Shown here: piece after piece, positions 18,184-28,268 of the stretch | Layout of the letters: the number at the start of each line of letters is the position of its first letter | How positions within the stretch are numbered: position 1 is the first letter of the stretch | IMG/VR virus record: IMGVR_UViG_3300043449_000492 | Location: 96,001 to 160,000 of that record | Length of the DNA: 64,000 nt | Source of the DNA: a virus | Strand: one strand, 5' to 3' | Translations under genes and position numbers: made by a program | Notes under the pieces: generated by a model | What the model was told of the DNA's origin: nothing | Database searches by the model: none | Seen by the model: the letters and a program-made list of their open reading frames with translations, nothing else

Positions 18184-19378
18184 TTGCCAACCAATTAAGA
18201 ATTGTATTGCATGTGGTAGTGATATGTTATCTGAGGTACTTGATCTTGATACCCAGCCGCTCGCAAATGATTACAAGAACACAAAGGATGAAGTGCAGCA
18301 GGAGTTTCCCCTTGCTATTAATCGCTGCACAGTATGTGATCATGTCCAACTAACACATCAAGTCAATCCAGAATTGATGTTCAAGAATTATGCTTATGTG
18401 TCTGGAGTTTCGCAAACTCTTAAAGATTGGTTCACGTGGCTTATATCTTATACTAATCAGACCTTTGATGGAACAATCAATAACACACTAGACATTGGTT
18501 GCAACGACGGATCCATGCTTGATGCATGGAGTAACAATGTTGAAACATACGGTGTCGATCCTGCAGAGAATCTTCATTCTATTTCAACTGGTAAAGGTCA
18601 CAAGGTTCATTGTGGATTCTTTTCAGGTAAAGAGTTTGAAGGAAAGACCTTTGATGTTATCACTTGTCTAAATGCATTTGCACATAATGCCAATCAGTTA
18701 GAGCTACTTAAGAACGTCAAGGAAGTTATGCATGATAACTCAGTTTTAATTTGCTCAACATCACAAGCAGACATGATTCGTAATGGAGAGTTTGATACAA
18801 TCTACCATGAGCATGTTTCTTTCTATAACATTCTATCTGCGAAGAGAATTAGTGAAAGAGCTGGTCTAAATCTAATTGATGTTGTTAAGCATCCTATTCA
18901 TGGTAATAGTTTTATCTTTTTCATGTCCAAGAATAAAAAGAATCAACATTATATTGACGCTATGTTAGAGATTGAACAGCTAACAGGTTTGCATGATGAT
19001 AAAGTCTATAAGGAGTTTGCTGAGAAAGCTTATAACACAGCTAACACGTTTGGCATCACCATTCGTTCTTTTCGAGGACAATATCCAATCATAGGTTATT
19101 CTGCACCCGCAAAGGGTATGACCCTTATGAACTTTGCTAAAGAAGGTCCAGATGTTATCTTTGAAGATACTATTCAGAAGCAGGGCAAGTTTACTCCTGG
19201 TCTAGGTATTCCAATCATTGCTCCAGACTACAAAGCTTATGAAAATGAAGAAAGAGTTGTTTGGGTTGTTCTAGCTTGGAATGTGTATGATGAGATTGTG
19301 GCTAAGATCAAATCTAATCGACCTGGCAAAAATGATATCTTTGTAAGATACTATCCAACATTTGAGGTGATTACATGA
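18176..19378 (+). CDS. Zn-binding nucleotide-sugar C-methyltransferase
   Basis: CIACGS...C..C.HVQL, LDIGCNDG, GVDPA, FDTIYHEH, GYSAPAKG, LAWN. Confidence 0.88.
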   Translation: MSDCQPIKNCIACGSDMLSEVLDLDTQPLANDYKNTKDEVQQEFPLAINRCTVCDHVQLTHQVNPELMFKNYAYVSGVSQTLKDWFTWLISYTNQTFDGTINNTLDIGCNDGSMLDAWSNNVETYGVDPAENLHSISTGKGHKVHCGFFSGKEFEGKTFDVITCLNAFAHNANQLELLKNVKEVMHDNSVLICSTSQADMIRNGEFDTIYHEHVSFYNILSAKRISERAGLNLIDVVKHPIHGNSFIFFMSKNKKNQHYIDAMLEIEQLTGLHDDKVYKEFAEKAYNTANTFGITIRSFRGQYPIIGYSAPAKGMTLMNFAKEGPDVIFEDTIQKQGKFTPGLGIPIIAPDYKAYENEERVVWVVLAWNVYDEIVAKIKSNRPGKNDIFVRYYPTFEVIT

Positions 19379-20244
19379 AGCCAGTTTTGAAAGTAGGATT
19401 TGTTGATTACTTCAATCCAGTCGATGAGTTTTTCACAGACATTCTTTCAGAAGATTTTGAGGTAGTTAGGGATGATAATAATCCCGACTATCTTTTTTTC
19501 TGTGACGAGACGTTTGGTGAGCGTAATAAGTTGTATGATCCTAATAAGGTGAAAAAGATTTTCTACACCGGAGAGAATCGTCGTCCCTGGGGATATTCAG
19601 CACATCATGCCGTTTCATTTGATCACTTAGATAGTCCACAGTTTTATCGGCTTCCATTATATGCACTAGAGAACTGGGTCAATCAAAAGAAGCTTGGTTG
19701 GAAGAACGTCAAAGACTTTAAGAGAACTATGAAAGCTGACGACAAGGAAGGCTTCTGTTCTTTTGTTGTTCGTAATGGAGGTTGTAATGAGCGTAATGAA
19801 ATTTTTAACATACTCAATTCTTACAAGACGGTTGACTCTGGTGGACCTCTATTCAATAACGTCGGCGGTCCGATCGATCAAGATGGCTTCAACTCTCATG
19901 TAACGAAGACCGACTTTATTAAGAAGCGCAAGTTCCACATTGCATATGAGAATAGCATGTGGCCGGGATATGTAACGGAAAAGATTCTTCATGGCTTTCT
20001 AGGTGAGTCTATTCCAATCTACTGGGGTTCTCCTTGCGTAGAAATGGATTTTAATCCTGACGCTTTCATTAGTCGTCATAAGTTTAAATCAACTGCAGAG
20101 ATGGTCGAATTTATTCAGCTTGTGGACACACACGATTCGTTGTATAATGAAATCATGGCTCAACCTCTATTTAACAAGAACAATCGATTCCTAGACTTTA
20201 GGAACTTTAGATATTGGTTCAAGGAGAATGTATATAAGCCATGA
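19375..20244 (+). CDS. alpha-1,3/4-fucosyltransferase-like glycosyltransferase (GT10)
   Basis: IFYTGEN, KFHIAYENS..PGYVTEKI, IPIYWGS. Confidence 0.88.
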   Translation: MKPVLKVGFVDYFNPVDEFFTDILSEDFEVVRDDNNPDYLFFCDETFGERNKLYDPNKVKKIFYTGENRRPWGYSAHHAVSFDHLDSPQFYRLPLYALENWVNQKKLGWKNVKDFKRTMKADDKEGFCSFVVRNGGCNERNEIFNILNSYKTVDSGGPLFNNVGGPIDQDGFNSHVTKTDFIKKRKFHIAYENSMWPGYVTEKILHGFLGESIPIYWGSPCVEMDFNPDAFISRHKFKSTAEMVEFIQLVDTHDSLYNEIMAQPLFNKNNRFLDFRNFRYWFKENVYKP

Positions 20245-21038
20245 AGAAGATCGGTTATTATCATGTGTTTCTAACAGAAAACGAATCCACTTGGCTTAGT
20301 ATGCTCATGGAGCAATACAAGGTCATGGAAGATTCTGGCTTGTTTGAAGCATTAGATGAGTTTCATCTTGTCTGTGTAGGAAGAACAGATGAGCAGTTTG
20401 ATAAGGCATTATACTTTACAGGTCTTTACTATCCATCTGTAATGCAGATTCGTGTAATAAATCCTGTTGAAGATAGTAACCTTATTGAATCAATTAAAAC
20501 TCAGCCAAATGTTCTTATGACCGAAAATATTACCATGCGCCTAATATACGATAGAGTAAAGTCTACTAATGAAGAAGAATACATTCTTTATTTTCATACT
20601 AAAGGCATTACATCTACTCTAAGACATTTTCAAAATAGCTACGAGGAGATTAATCTTTTCAGGACTTATCAATACTGGAGACATTATCTCAACTATGGTG
20701 TTTTAGAGAAGTGGGAAGAATGTGTTAGAGCATTAACATTCGGTTATGATATTGCAGGTATCAATCATCAGTTATATCCTCATTCACATTATAGTGGAAA
20801 CTTCTGGTGGGCAAAGTCAAGTCATCTTGCATCGTTGCCTGATCCGGGAACATATGATTGGTGGGAAGAAGTCAAGGCTAATGCACATGATCCTTGGTTG
20901 AAGCAAGCTGACAATCGTTATGCTGATGAGCAATGGCCATGCTCTAAGAAAGATGGAAGATACTATAACGTAGAAAAGGGTATTCCAAATCCTGCTAATG
21001 TTTACACACCAAGAAAGGTATATGTAACATGCGATTAG
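20241..21038 (+). CDS. GT-like hypothetical protein
   Basis: ILYFHTKGIT, WRHYLNY, HYSGNFWWAKS. Confidence 0.65.
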   Translation: MKKIGYYHVFLTENESTWLSMLMEQYKVMEDSGLFEALDEFHLVCVGRTDEQFDKALYFTGLYYPSVMQIRVINPVEDSNLIESIKTQPNVLMTENITMRLIYDRVKSTNEEEYILYFHTKGITSTLRHFQNSYEEINLFRTYQYWRHYLNYGVLEKWEECVRALTFGYDIAGINHQLYPHSHYSGNFWWAKSSHLASLPDPGTYDWWEEVKANAHDPWLKQADNRYADEQWPCSKKDGRYYNVEKGIPNPANVYTPRKVYVTCD

Positions 21039-21730
21039 CAATTGCTTTCTTTGGAATTCTCTATGGTAAGGGTGGTAAGACTGGTTGCGATAGAGACTTT
21101 AGACATTGTTGGCCTAACATTGAGCGTATGGTTGTGCAACCGTATCGAGACGCTGGTCATGATGTAAAGTTATTCTTCTCTAGCTATCCTTTTGAAGACA
21201 AAGCTATCGAACAAGAGTTTTACGATATGGTAAAGCCTGACAAGATTGTATTTTCGCAGCTTGCAGGTTCCGATGCATTCACTTCTAAGACTGCATTATT
21301 TCAGACATTCATGAATGACTCCAGTGTAGATACCATCATATATACTAGAGCGGATATGCACTGGAACAAAAAGTTCATAGACACTAATATTAATTATGAT
21401 AGGTTTAACTTTCTATTCAAAGAAAGAGACTGGTGGCAATCACACATGTATGCCTGTGATAACCTCTACATCTTTCCACAACATATGTCAGAAGCAACTC
21501 TTAGAGCAATGTTGGACGATCACGCTTCTCCTGCTAAGTCGATCCATAAGCATGAGTTACCTAGATTTCTTATGAGATATATCAATCCTGATCAGATAAA
21601 CTTTATGTCTAAAGAACATCAATATAGTGATATGAATAACTTTTACACACTTTGTCGAAACGAACTAAGACCAGAGTGTAGAGGTGAGTTTATGCATCCT
21701 GACGTAGCAGAAAGGTTTGGTTACGAATGA
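21029..21730 (+). CDS. GT-like hypothetical protein
   Basis: MRLAIAFFG, IIYTRAD, CDNLYIFP; related in style to 22362..23048. Confidence 0.6.
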   Translation: MRLAIAFFGILYGKGGKTGCDRDFRHCWPNIERMVVQPYRDAGHDVKLFFSSYPFEDKAIEQEFYDMVKPDKIVFSQLAGSDAFTSKTALFQTFMNDSSVDTIIYTRADMHWNKKFIDTNINYDRFNFLFKERDWWQSHMYACDNLYIFPQHMSEATLRAMLDDHASPAKSIHKHELPRFLMRYINPDQINFMSKEHQYSDMNNFYTLCRNELRPECRGEFMHPDVAERFGYE

Positions 21731-22359
21731 ATATTATATTTGAAGTAGGTGCAAATCAAGGACAAGATACAGAACAGTTTCTAGCTGATCCTAATAATGA
21801 AGTTTATAGTTTTGAACCTGTACCGGATTTGGCACATTTTCTTTGGCAGAGATTTGGTGACAATCCTAGATTTCATCTTTCGACATGTGCTATTGATATG
21901 GATAATGGATGGAAGCCATTTAACATTTCAAAGAATGGTGATTGGGGCTGTTCAAGTCTTCATAGCTTTGCCAAGAACATTAACGAGACATGGCCAGGCC
22001 GTGATGACTTTGCCTTTCAGCAGACTATTCAGAATGTAATGTGTATGCGTCTTGACACATTCATGGACATTTATAATATTGACCATATTGACTATATTCA
22101 CATTGATGCACAGGGTAATGACTTTAGAGTTATTCAGTCTCTTGGTACCAAGATTGATTCAGTTAAAGCTGGTGTTGTTGAGGTTGCTAATAAGGTTGAG
22201 CTATATGATGTTCCTGATAATCATATTACAACTGTGCTTCCTTGGCTGGAACATCGTGGCTTCTCTGTTAGAGCGGAGTTTGATGGTGTAGGAAAGCCTT
22301 ATGTTGGTGCATGTGCTATCAATGGAAATGAGGTCAATCTATTCTTTCATAGGCCATAA
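21727..22359 (+). CDS. FkbM-family methyltransferase
   Basis: EVGANQG, VYSFEP, IDYIHIDAQGND. Confidence 0.88.
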   Translation: MNIIFEVGANQGQDTEQFLADPNNEVYSFEPVPDLAHFLWQRFGDNPRFHLSTCAIDMDNGWKPFNISKNGDWGCSSLHSFAKNINETWPGRDDFAFQQTIQNVMCMRLDTFMDIYNIDHIDYIHIDAQGNDFRVIQSLGTKIDSVKAGVVEVANKVELYDVPDNHITTVLPWLEHRGFSVRAEFDGVGKPYVGACAINGNEVNLFFHRP

Positions 22360-22361
22360 TA

Positions 22362-23048
22362 ATGAAGATTGCATTATGTTTAAGTGGTCGTCCAAGATCA
22401 TATCGAAAAGGTTTTGAATATCATAAGCGTAATCTATTAGATAAACATGATGTGGAAGTTTTTGTTCACACATGGCAAGATATAGAAGATGATGCTTTTC
22501 AGTTTCTTGATTATGAATATGATCCTGTTTCAATAACAACGTCCCCCACATTTTCAGATGATGCTTTTATAAACTATCCTGTCGAGCATCCTGACTGGCC
22601 GCCGAAGAATGCCATTCATATGATGTATGGGGTATTCAAGGCAAATGAACTAAAGAGAGAACGTGAATTAGTAAATGGCTTCCGTTATGATATTGTCATC
22701 CGTTCTCGTTTTGATTTCGCATTGAATCGAGAAATTGATTTTGAGGTAGAGCCTGGGAAAGTATATGTTCCAAATGATTATATCAAAGGTCGTATTGCTC
22801 CTAACGGAATCATTTGTAATGACCAGTTTGCTGTTGGTGATAGTCCGACAATGGATCTATACTCTAACACATTCTGGAACATTGATAGAGCAGTAGCTTT
22901 AGGTGCACCTGTGATTGGTGAAGACTTGCTTTCTGTCAATCTACAAATCGCTGGCATCATCAATGAGAAGATGGTCTATATAGATATGAACCACCCATTC
23001 CCACCGGGTAAGTATAACAATACTCCACATTCGTTATTGAGAGATTAA
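22362..23048 (+). CDS. GT-like hypothetical protein
   Basis: KIALCLSGRPRS, VFVHTW, YDIVIRSRFD, NDQFAVG. Confidence 0.65.
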   Translation: MKIALCLSGRPRSYRKGFEYHKRNLLDKHDVEVFVHTWQDIEDDAFQFLDYEYDPVSITTSPTFSDDAFINYPVEHPDWPPKNAIHMMYGVFKANELKRERELVNGFRYDIVIRSRFDFALNREIDFEVEPGKVYVPNDYIKGRIAPNGIICNDQFAVGDSPTMDLYSNTFWNIDRAVALGAPVIGEDLLSVNLQIAGIINEKMVYIDMNHPFPPGKYNNTPHSLLRD

Positions 23049-23050
23049 TC

Positions 23051-24433
23051 ATGAGCTACAACAAACTTGTAATCTTTGACCTTGATGGTGTTCTCCTAGA
23101 TTCCCGTGATCTACATTTCCATGCATTAAATGCCGCTCTAATGGAGCAGGACACGCATTATGTGATTACAAGAGAAGAACACTTATCGACCTATGATGGT
23201 CTTCCTACCAAAGTGAAGATGAAGTTCCTAACCGAGAAGAAAGGTCTTCCTCCTACTCTTTATGATCAAGTATGGAAAGATAAGCAGGATGCTACAATTA
23301 AACTCTTGACACAATTGCAAGTTGATGATAAACTGGTACATATATTCAAGAGTCTTAAGGAACATGGCTTCCAGATTGCAGTTGCATCTAACTCTATTCG
23401 TAATACGGTAAAGATTACTTTGCTTCGCCTAGGCATTATGGATTACGTTGACTATTACCAAACCAACGAAGATGTGAAACGCTCTAAGCCATATCCTGAA
23501 ATGTATTGGAATTGTATGATGGCTTGTAATGCCATTCCTGATACAACAGTGATCGTTGAAGATAGTCATATTGGTAGACAAGGCGCAATTGACTCTGGAG
23601 CTAAGTTGCTTCCTGTAGAAGATGCACATGATCTAACGTGGGAAAAGGTTGAAAAAGTGGTTCATGAATTAAAAGATACAAATGTAAAGAAGATTCCGTG
23701 GCGTGATAGTAAACTCAACGTCCTGATTCCTATGGCGGGAGCAGGCTCTCGCTTTGCTACGATGGGTTATACATTTCCCAAGCCTCTTATTGAAGTTCGT
23801 GGTAAGCCAATGATTCAGGTCGTTGTTGAGAACTTGAACATTGAAGCCAACTATCATTTCATTGTTCAGAAAGAACATTACGAGAAATATAATCTAAAGT
23901 ATTTACTTAACCTTATTGCACCTGGCTGCAATATCATTCAAGTTGATGGAATGACAGAAGGTGCTGCTTGCACAACGCTCCTTGCTAAGGAGTTTATCAA
24001 TAACGGTTGCTCGTTATTGATTGCTAATTCAGATCAATTTATTGAGTGGAATTCTAATGAGATTATGTATGCTTTTAATAATGATGAGATTGATGCAGGT
24101 ATGCTCACATTTAAGGCTACGCACCCTAAATGGTCATATGCGAAAATTGGTAAGAATGGTTTTGTTGAAGAAGTTGCGGAGAAGAAAGTCATATCAGATA
24201 GCGCAACTGTTGGTGTTTATTTCTGGAAACATGGATCTGATTATGTCAAGTATGCGGAGCAGATGATCGCCAAGGACGTTCGTGTCAATAACGAGTTTTA
24301 TGTCTGTCCGGTATTCAATGAAGCAATTGCGGACAAGAAAAAGATTCGTGTAAAACAGATTCCAAGAATGTGGGGTATTGGCACACCAGAAGATTTGAAC
24401 TCTTTTCTAGATACATACAAAGGTGAACTATGA
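23051..24433 (+). CDS. HAD phosphatase fused to NTP-transferase (sugar-phosphate nucleotidyltransferase-like)
   Basis: IFDLDGVL, KPYP, EDS in the N-terminal half; LIPMAGAGSRF..GY..PKPLI and GTPEDL in the C-terminal half. Confidence 0.88.
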   Translation: MSYNKLVIFDLDGVLLDSRDLHFHALNAALMEQDTHYVITREEHLSTYDGLPTKVKMKFLTEKKGLPPTLYDQVWKDKQDATIKLLTQLQVDDKLVHIFKSLKEHGFQIAVASNSIRNTVKITLLRLGIMDYVDYYQTNEDVKRSKPYPEMYWNCMMACNAIPDTTVIVEDSHIGRQGAIDSGAKLLPVEDAHDLTWEKVEKVVHELKDTNVKKIPWRDSKLNVLIPMAGAGSRFATMGYTFPKPLIEVRGKPMIQVVVENLNIEANYHFIVQKEHYEKYNLKYLLNLIAPGCNIIQVDGMTEGAACTTLLAKEFINNGCSLLIANSDQFIEWNSNEIMYAFNNDEIDAGMLTFKATHPKWSYAKIGKNGFVEEVAEKKVISDSATVGVYFWKHGSDYVKYAEQMIAKDVRVNNEFYVCPVFNEAIADKKKIRVKQIPRMWGIGTPEDLNSFLDTYKGEL

Positions 24434-24891
24434 GATTAATCTCCCATCGTGGAAATCTAACCGGTCCAAACTTTACTGATGAGAATAAGCCTTGGTATAT
24501 TGAAGAAGCTGTTAAAGCAGGATTTAATGTAGAGGTTGACATTTGGTATGTTAAAGGTAAGTGGTTCACTGGTCATGACGAGCCACTTCATGAAGTAACG
24601 ATTGAATGGTTATCTAATAAGAACTTTTGGCTACATTGTAAGAATGTAGAAGCATTTGAACAGATGACTTACATTTCACCACAGCTTCATTACTTTTGGC
24701 ATGGCATTGATTGTTATACTCTAACAAGTGCTAATATACCTTGGGTCTATCCAGGGAAGCAGACATTCAAGACTGCGATATGTGTATTGCCCGAGCATGG
24801 TGAAGGACTTGATAAGATTAGGAATCTAGATGTGTATGGTTTCTGTTCCGATTATATTGAAAAGATTGCGGAGATTGTGAAATGCAAGTAA
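24430..24891 (+). CDS. Glycerophosphodiester phosphodiesterase-like protein
   Basis: ISHRGN, EN, VEVDIW, GHD, WLHCKN, GFCSD. Confidence 0.75.
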   Translation: MRLISHRGNLTGPNFTDENKPWYIEEAVKAGFNVEVDIWYVKGKWFTGHDEPLHEVTIEWLSNKNFWLHCKNVEAFEQMTYISPQLHYFWHGIDCYTLTSANIPWVYPGKQTFKTAICVLPEHGEGLDKIRNLDVYGFCSDYIEKIAEIVKCK

Positions 24892-26117
24892 CTGTAATTG
24901 GCGCCGGCGGCCACGTTGGACTACCTTTTTCTCTTGTCGTTGCTGCAGCTGGGCATAATGTCTATGGTGTTGATATCAATGAAAAGGTTGTAGAAACACT
25001 AAATAAAGGTATCGTACCTTATATCGAACACGGTGCGGAAGAACTGTTGGCTAAGCATCTTAAGCAAGGCAACATTGCTTTTACTACACAATTTTTTTCT
25101 ATTAAGGTCTCAGATGTTATCGCTGTGATGCTAGGGACACCAGTAGATGCAGAGAATAATCCTCGTCTTGATGACTTATTTAATTTCATTGATAATGCTC
25201 TTTTGCCTCGTATTCAGCGAGGGCAGCTTATCATCCTTCGTTCAACTATTTCGCCAGGTACTACAGAAGTAGTCAAAGAACGAATTGAAGAAGCTACGGG
25301 TTGGATTGAAGGCAAAGACTTTTATCTAGTCTTTTGTCCAGAACGAGTGCTGCAAACAAAGGGTATTGAAGAAACCTCAAAGTTGCCTGCACTCGTTGGA
25401 GCGTTCTCTGATGAGAGTTATAAGAAGGCTGCAGAGTTTCTAGCTACGTTTATTGATAATAGTTTGTTTCAGCTTACACCAAGAGAAGCCGAAATTGCAA
25501 AGTTAATGACAAACATGTGGCGTTATGTCTCGTTTGCTTTTGCTAATGAAATGTATATGATCGGAGACAAGCATGGCGTTGATATTCATGAAGTCATTAA
25601 AGCCTCAAACTACGGCTATGAGAGAATGGCTGTTCCAATGCCGGGACCAAATGTCGGTGGTCCTTGTCTCTTTAAAGATGGTAGGTTTCTTCTTGATAGT
25701 GTACCTTTTGCTGACCTTATTCAGGTTAGCTTTCTTGTTAATGAGGGGATGCCTGACTATATCTACCACTCTATCACGAAACTTACTCCGAAACTAAAGA
25801 ACGTATTGATTCTTGGTGCTACGTTTAAGGCAAACTGTGATGACACAAGAAACAGTCTATCATTCAAGATGAAGAAAGTTTTGAAGAAGCATGGTGTAGA
25901 GGTAGACATGCTTGATCCTTTTATCAAGAATCTACAACCATCCGATAGCACTTTTGAGACTTATGATGCAGTAATTGTTATGACTCCTCATGACATGTTT
26001 AAAGATTATTATGGTCCACACATGTTTAGAAAAGATTGCATCGTTGCAGATGTTTGGAAGATGTGGGACAAGAGTAAAGAAACAAAGAATGGAATTTATA
26101 GAGCAGGAGGCTTTTGA
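24882..26117 (+). CDS. Nucleotide-sugar (UDP-Glc/GDP-Man family) dehydrogenase
   Basis: GAGGHVGLP, RSTISPGTT, CPERV, AEIAKL..N, VGGPCLFKD, GATFKANCDD.RNS. Confidence 0.92.
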   Translation: MQVTVIGAGGHVGLPFSLVVAAAGHNVYGVDINEKVVETLNKGIVPYIEHGAEELLAKHLKQGNIAFTTQFFSIKVSDVIAVMLGTPVDAENNPRLDDLFNFIDNALLPRIQRGQLIILRSTISPGTTEVVKERIEEATGWIEGKDFYLVFCPERVLQTKGIEETSKLPALVGAFSDESYKKAAEFLATFIDNSLFQLTPREAEIAKLMTNMWRYVSFAFANEMYMIGDKHGVDIHEVIKASNYGYERMAVPMPGPNVGGPCLFKDGRFLLDSVPFADLIQVSFLVNEGMPDYIYHSITKLTPKLKNVLILGATFKANCDDTRNSLSFKMKKVLKKHGVEVDMLDPFIKNLQPSDSTFETYDAVIVMTPHDMFKDYYGPHMFRKDCIVADVWKMWDKSKETKNGIYRAGGF

Positions 26118-27112
26118 TGAGTAAGATTTTGGTGACGGGATCAGAAGGATCCTTGATGCAAGCAGTCATTCCTAGATTGATTGCAAATGGTCATGTTGTT
26201 TATGGTGTTGATAATCTTGCTCGATATGGTGAGCGCCTAGGACATGCTGGAACAGATTACACATTCATCAAGGCTGATCTAACAGATAAAGAATCGGTCA
26301 ATAGACTAGTTGAGCAAGTAAAGCCTGACTTTATTATTCAGGCCGCAGCTACAATCTATGGTGTGGGAGGCTTCAATAAGTATTGTGGTGAAATGTATAA
26401 GGACATTGCACTACATGACAATGTGCTTCGTGCTGCTGTCGCTGCTGGTGTTAAGAAGGTTGTTTATATCTCTTCGTCAATGGTCTATGAGAATTGTCCA
26501 CAAGTTATTGGTGAGCCAGTTACAGAAGACATGCCCGATCGATATCCTGCTCCATATACAGACTATGGTCTATCTAAGTTTGTTGGTGAGCGTGTATCAA
26601 GAGCCTACTTTAAGCAGCATGGTCTTAAGTATACCATTTGGCGCCCGTTCAATATCATTACACCATATGAAAAGAGTGAGAATGAAGAAGTCGGTATCTC
26701 ACATGTCTTTGCCGACTACATCAAGAACATCGTTGTAGAGAGAAAGCATCCACTTCCAATCATTGGTGATGGTATGCAAGTTCGTTGCTTCACTTGGATT
26801 GATGAAGTTGCACAGGCTATTGCAGACTATTCGTTTCTTGATAAGACAGACAATGAGACTTACAATCTAGGTAACGCAGAGCCAATCTCTATGCGTGTTC
26901 TCGCTGAGAAAATCATTGATATGGCAGCAACCGAGTTTCTACTATTTCCATCATACTATCCTCTATATACTACGATTGGTGAATATGAAAACGATGTTAA
27001 GGTTCGTATTCCAGATGTTGATAAGGCAGATAGAGAACTTGATTGGAAAGCTAAACTAAAGGTAGACGATTCAGTTCGTATGTGCCTTAAATATGTTGTG
27101 GAGAATAAGTAA
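26117..27112 (+). CDS. NAD-dependent epimerase/dehydratase
   Basis: LVTGSEG, SSSMVY, YGLSK (YxxxK), RPFN, GDG.Q.RCFT. Confidence 0.9.
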   Translation: MSKILVTGSEGSLMQAVIPRLIANGHVVYGVDNLARYGERLGHAGTDYTFIKADLTDKESVNRLVEQVKPDFIIQAAATIYGVGGFNKYCGEMYKDIALHDNVLRAAVAAGVKKVVYISSSMVYENCPQVIGEPVTEDMPDRYPAPYTDYGLSKFVGERVSRAYFKQHGLKYTIWRPFNIITPYEKSENEEVGISHVFADYIKNIVVERKHPLPIIGDGMQVRCFTWIDEVAQAIADYSFLDKTDNETYNLGNAEPISMRVLAEKIIDMAATEFLLFPSYYPLYTTIGEYENDVKVRIPDVDKADRELDWKAKLKVDDSVRMCLKYVVENK

Positions 27113-27402
27113 TGAATAGTAATTGGAAATGGGAACAGCTTCGTCTTTTGATTGAAGGCACACTAGCACACAATGTTCAGTATTCACATGATAAGGCATT
27201 CGACCGATATTCTTATCAGCGTGTTCTTGAATGGATGGATTCACTAGATAAGAGAGCGGAAGAAAAAAAGACTGCTGAACCAGATAGACGAATTCCAGAA
27301 CCTCCATCAGAAGGAGGATTCATCTTCACTGGTATTCCTACGTTCGATCAAAAAGCGTGGGAAGAAATTTTAGAACGAAAGGGCTTACAGGGACTATCAT
27401 GA
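27112..27402 (+). CDS. Hypothetical protein
   Basis: Coupled ORF with GGAG RBS. Confidence 0.6.
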   Translation: MNSNWKWEQLRLLIEGTLAHNVQYSHDKAFDRYSYQRVLEWMDSLDKRAEEKKTAEPDRRIPEPPSEGGFIFTGIPTFDQKAWEEILERKGLQGLS

Positions 27403-27899
27403 GTCATACAAATCCAACAAACCCAAATGCAGATTTGCATATCTCGCCTGATGGACAAGACATTATCAAAGAATTTGAGTCTCTTGTTCTAGAGGCATAC
27501 GTTGATACAAAAGACAAGCATGGAGATCCTATCTATGCTGTCGGCTGGGGTCATACTGGTCTAGTTGATGGTAAGAAGATTGAAAAGGGTCTTAAGATTA
27601 CCGAAGCAAAGGCACAAGAGTTATTCATGGAAGACATTGCTGAGTTTGAGCGCAAAGTCAAGCATTATGTAACTGTGCCACTAAATCAGCATCAGTTTGA
27701 TGCTCTTGTCTCTATGGCATATAATGTTCGCACTTCTAACTTTGTGCAGATGGTTGAGCAGTCAGAACTTAATAAGGGTGTCTATGATAAGGTTCCCGAC
27801 GCTATGATGCATTATAATGTATCGGGTGGAAGAGTTTTGAAGGGTCTTACTCGTCGTCGCAAGATGGAAGCTAACTTGTGGAAGAAGGAGGGGAAGTAA
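27399..27899 (+). CDS. Lysozyme (GH24, endolysin-like)
   Basis: IKEFESLVLEAYVD, VGWGHT, QHQFDALVS.AYN, GLTRRR..EA. Confidence 0.9.
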   Translation: MSHTNPTNPNADLHISPDGQDIIKEFESLVLEAYVDTKDKHGDPIYAVGWGHTGLVDGKKIEKGLKITEAKAQELFMEDIAEFERKVKHYVTVPLNQHQFDALVSMAYNVRTSNFVQMVEQSELNKGVYDKVPDAMMHYNVSGGRVLKGLTRRRKMEANLWKKEGK

Positions 27900-27917
27900 T
27901 CCCCTCCTATAAAACTC

Positions 27918-28220
27918 TTAGGATTCTAGGTCAACGTGGGAAGATGGAGGATATACTGCACCATGTAGTCTTTCGGCAGTTGCCTTTAGAGTATCTGCAA
28001 GTGCTTCGATATCGTCTGCATCTGGGTGTGGCTTAGTTGCACAAACACGAAGCTGCTCAGCAAGATCGTGAATTTCGTTGACAGCCTCATCAACTGCTTT
28101 ATTAACAAGCGCAACGGCTTCTTTTAGTTCTTCTAGTTCTAGACTCATTTGTGCTACCTTTCCTTCTAAGTTGATGATTCTAAGATCATCCAATAATAGA
28201 TAACGGATCCATTGAAACAT
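27918..28220 (-). CDS. Coiled-coil hypothetical protein, late-expressed
   Basis: GGAG RBS and a TATAAATA upstream on the minus strand; a hairpin at 27886-27910 separates it from the convergent lysozyme gene. Confidence 0.65.
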   Translation of the reverse strand: MFQWIRYLLLDDLRIINLEGKVAQMSLELEELKEAVALVNKAVDEAVNEIHDLAEQLRVCATKPHPDADDIEALADTLKATAERLHGAVYPPSSHVDLES

Positions 28221-28249
28221 CTTTTAACTCCCGGAGTTTGCCTCCTTTC

Positions 28250-28257
28250 TATTTATA
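28250..28257 (-). promoter_or_regulatory. T4-type late promoter TATAAATA
   Basis: TATTTATA on the + strand upstream of the 27918..28220 ORF. Confidence 0.7.
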
Positions 28258-28268
28258 GGAATCAATAA

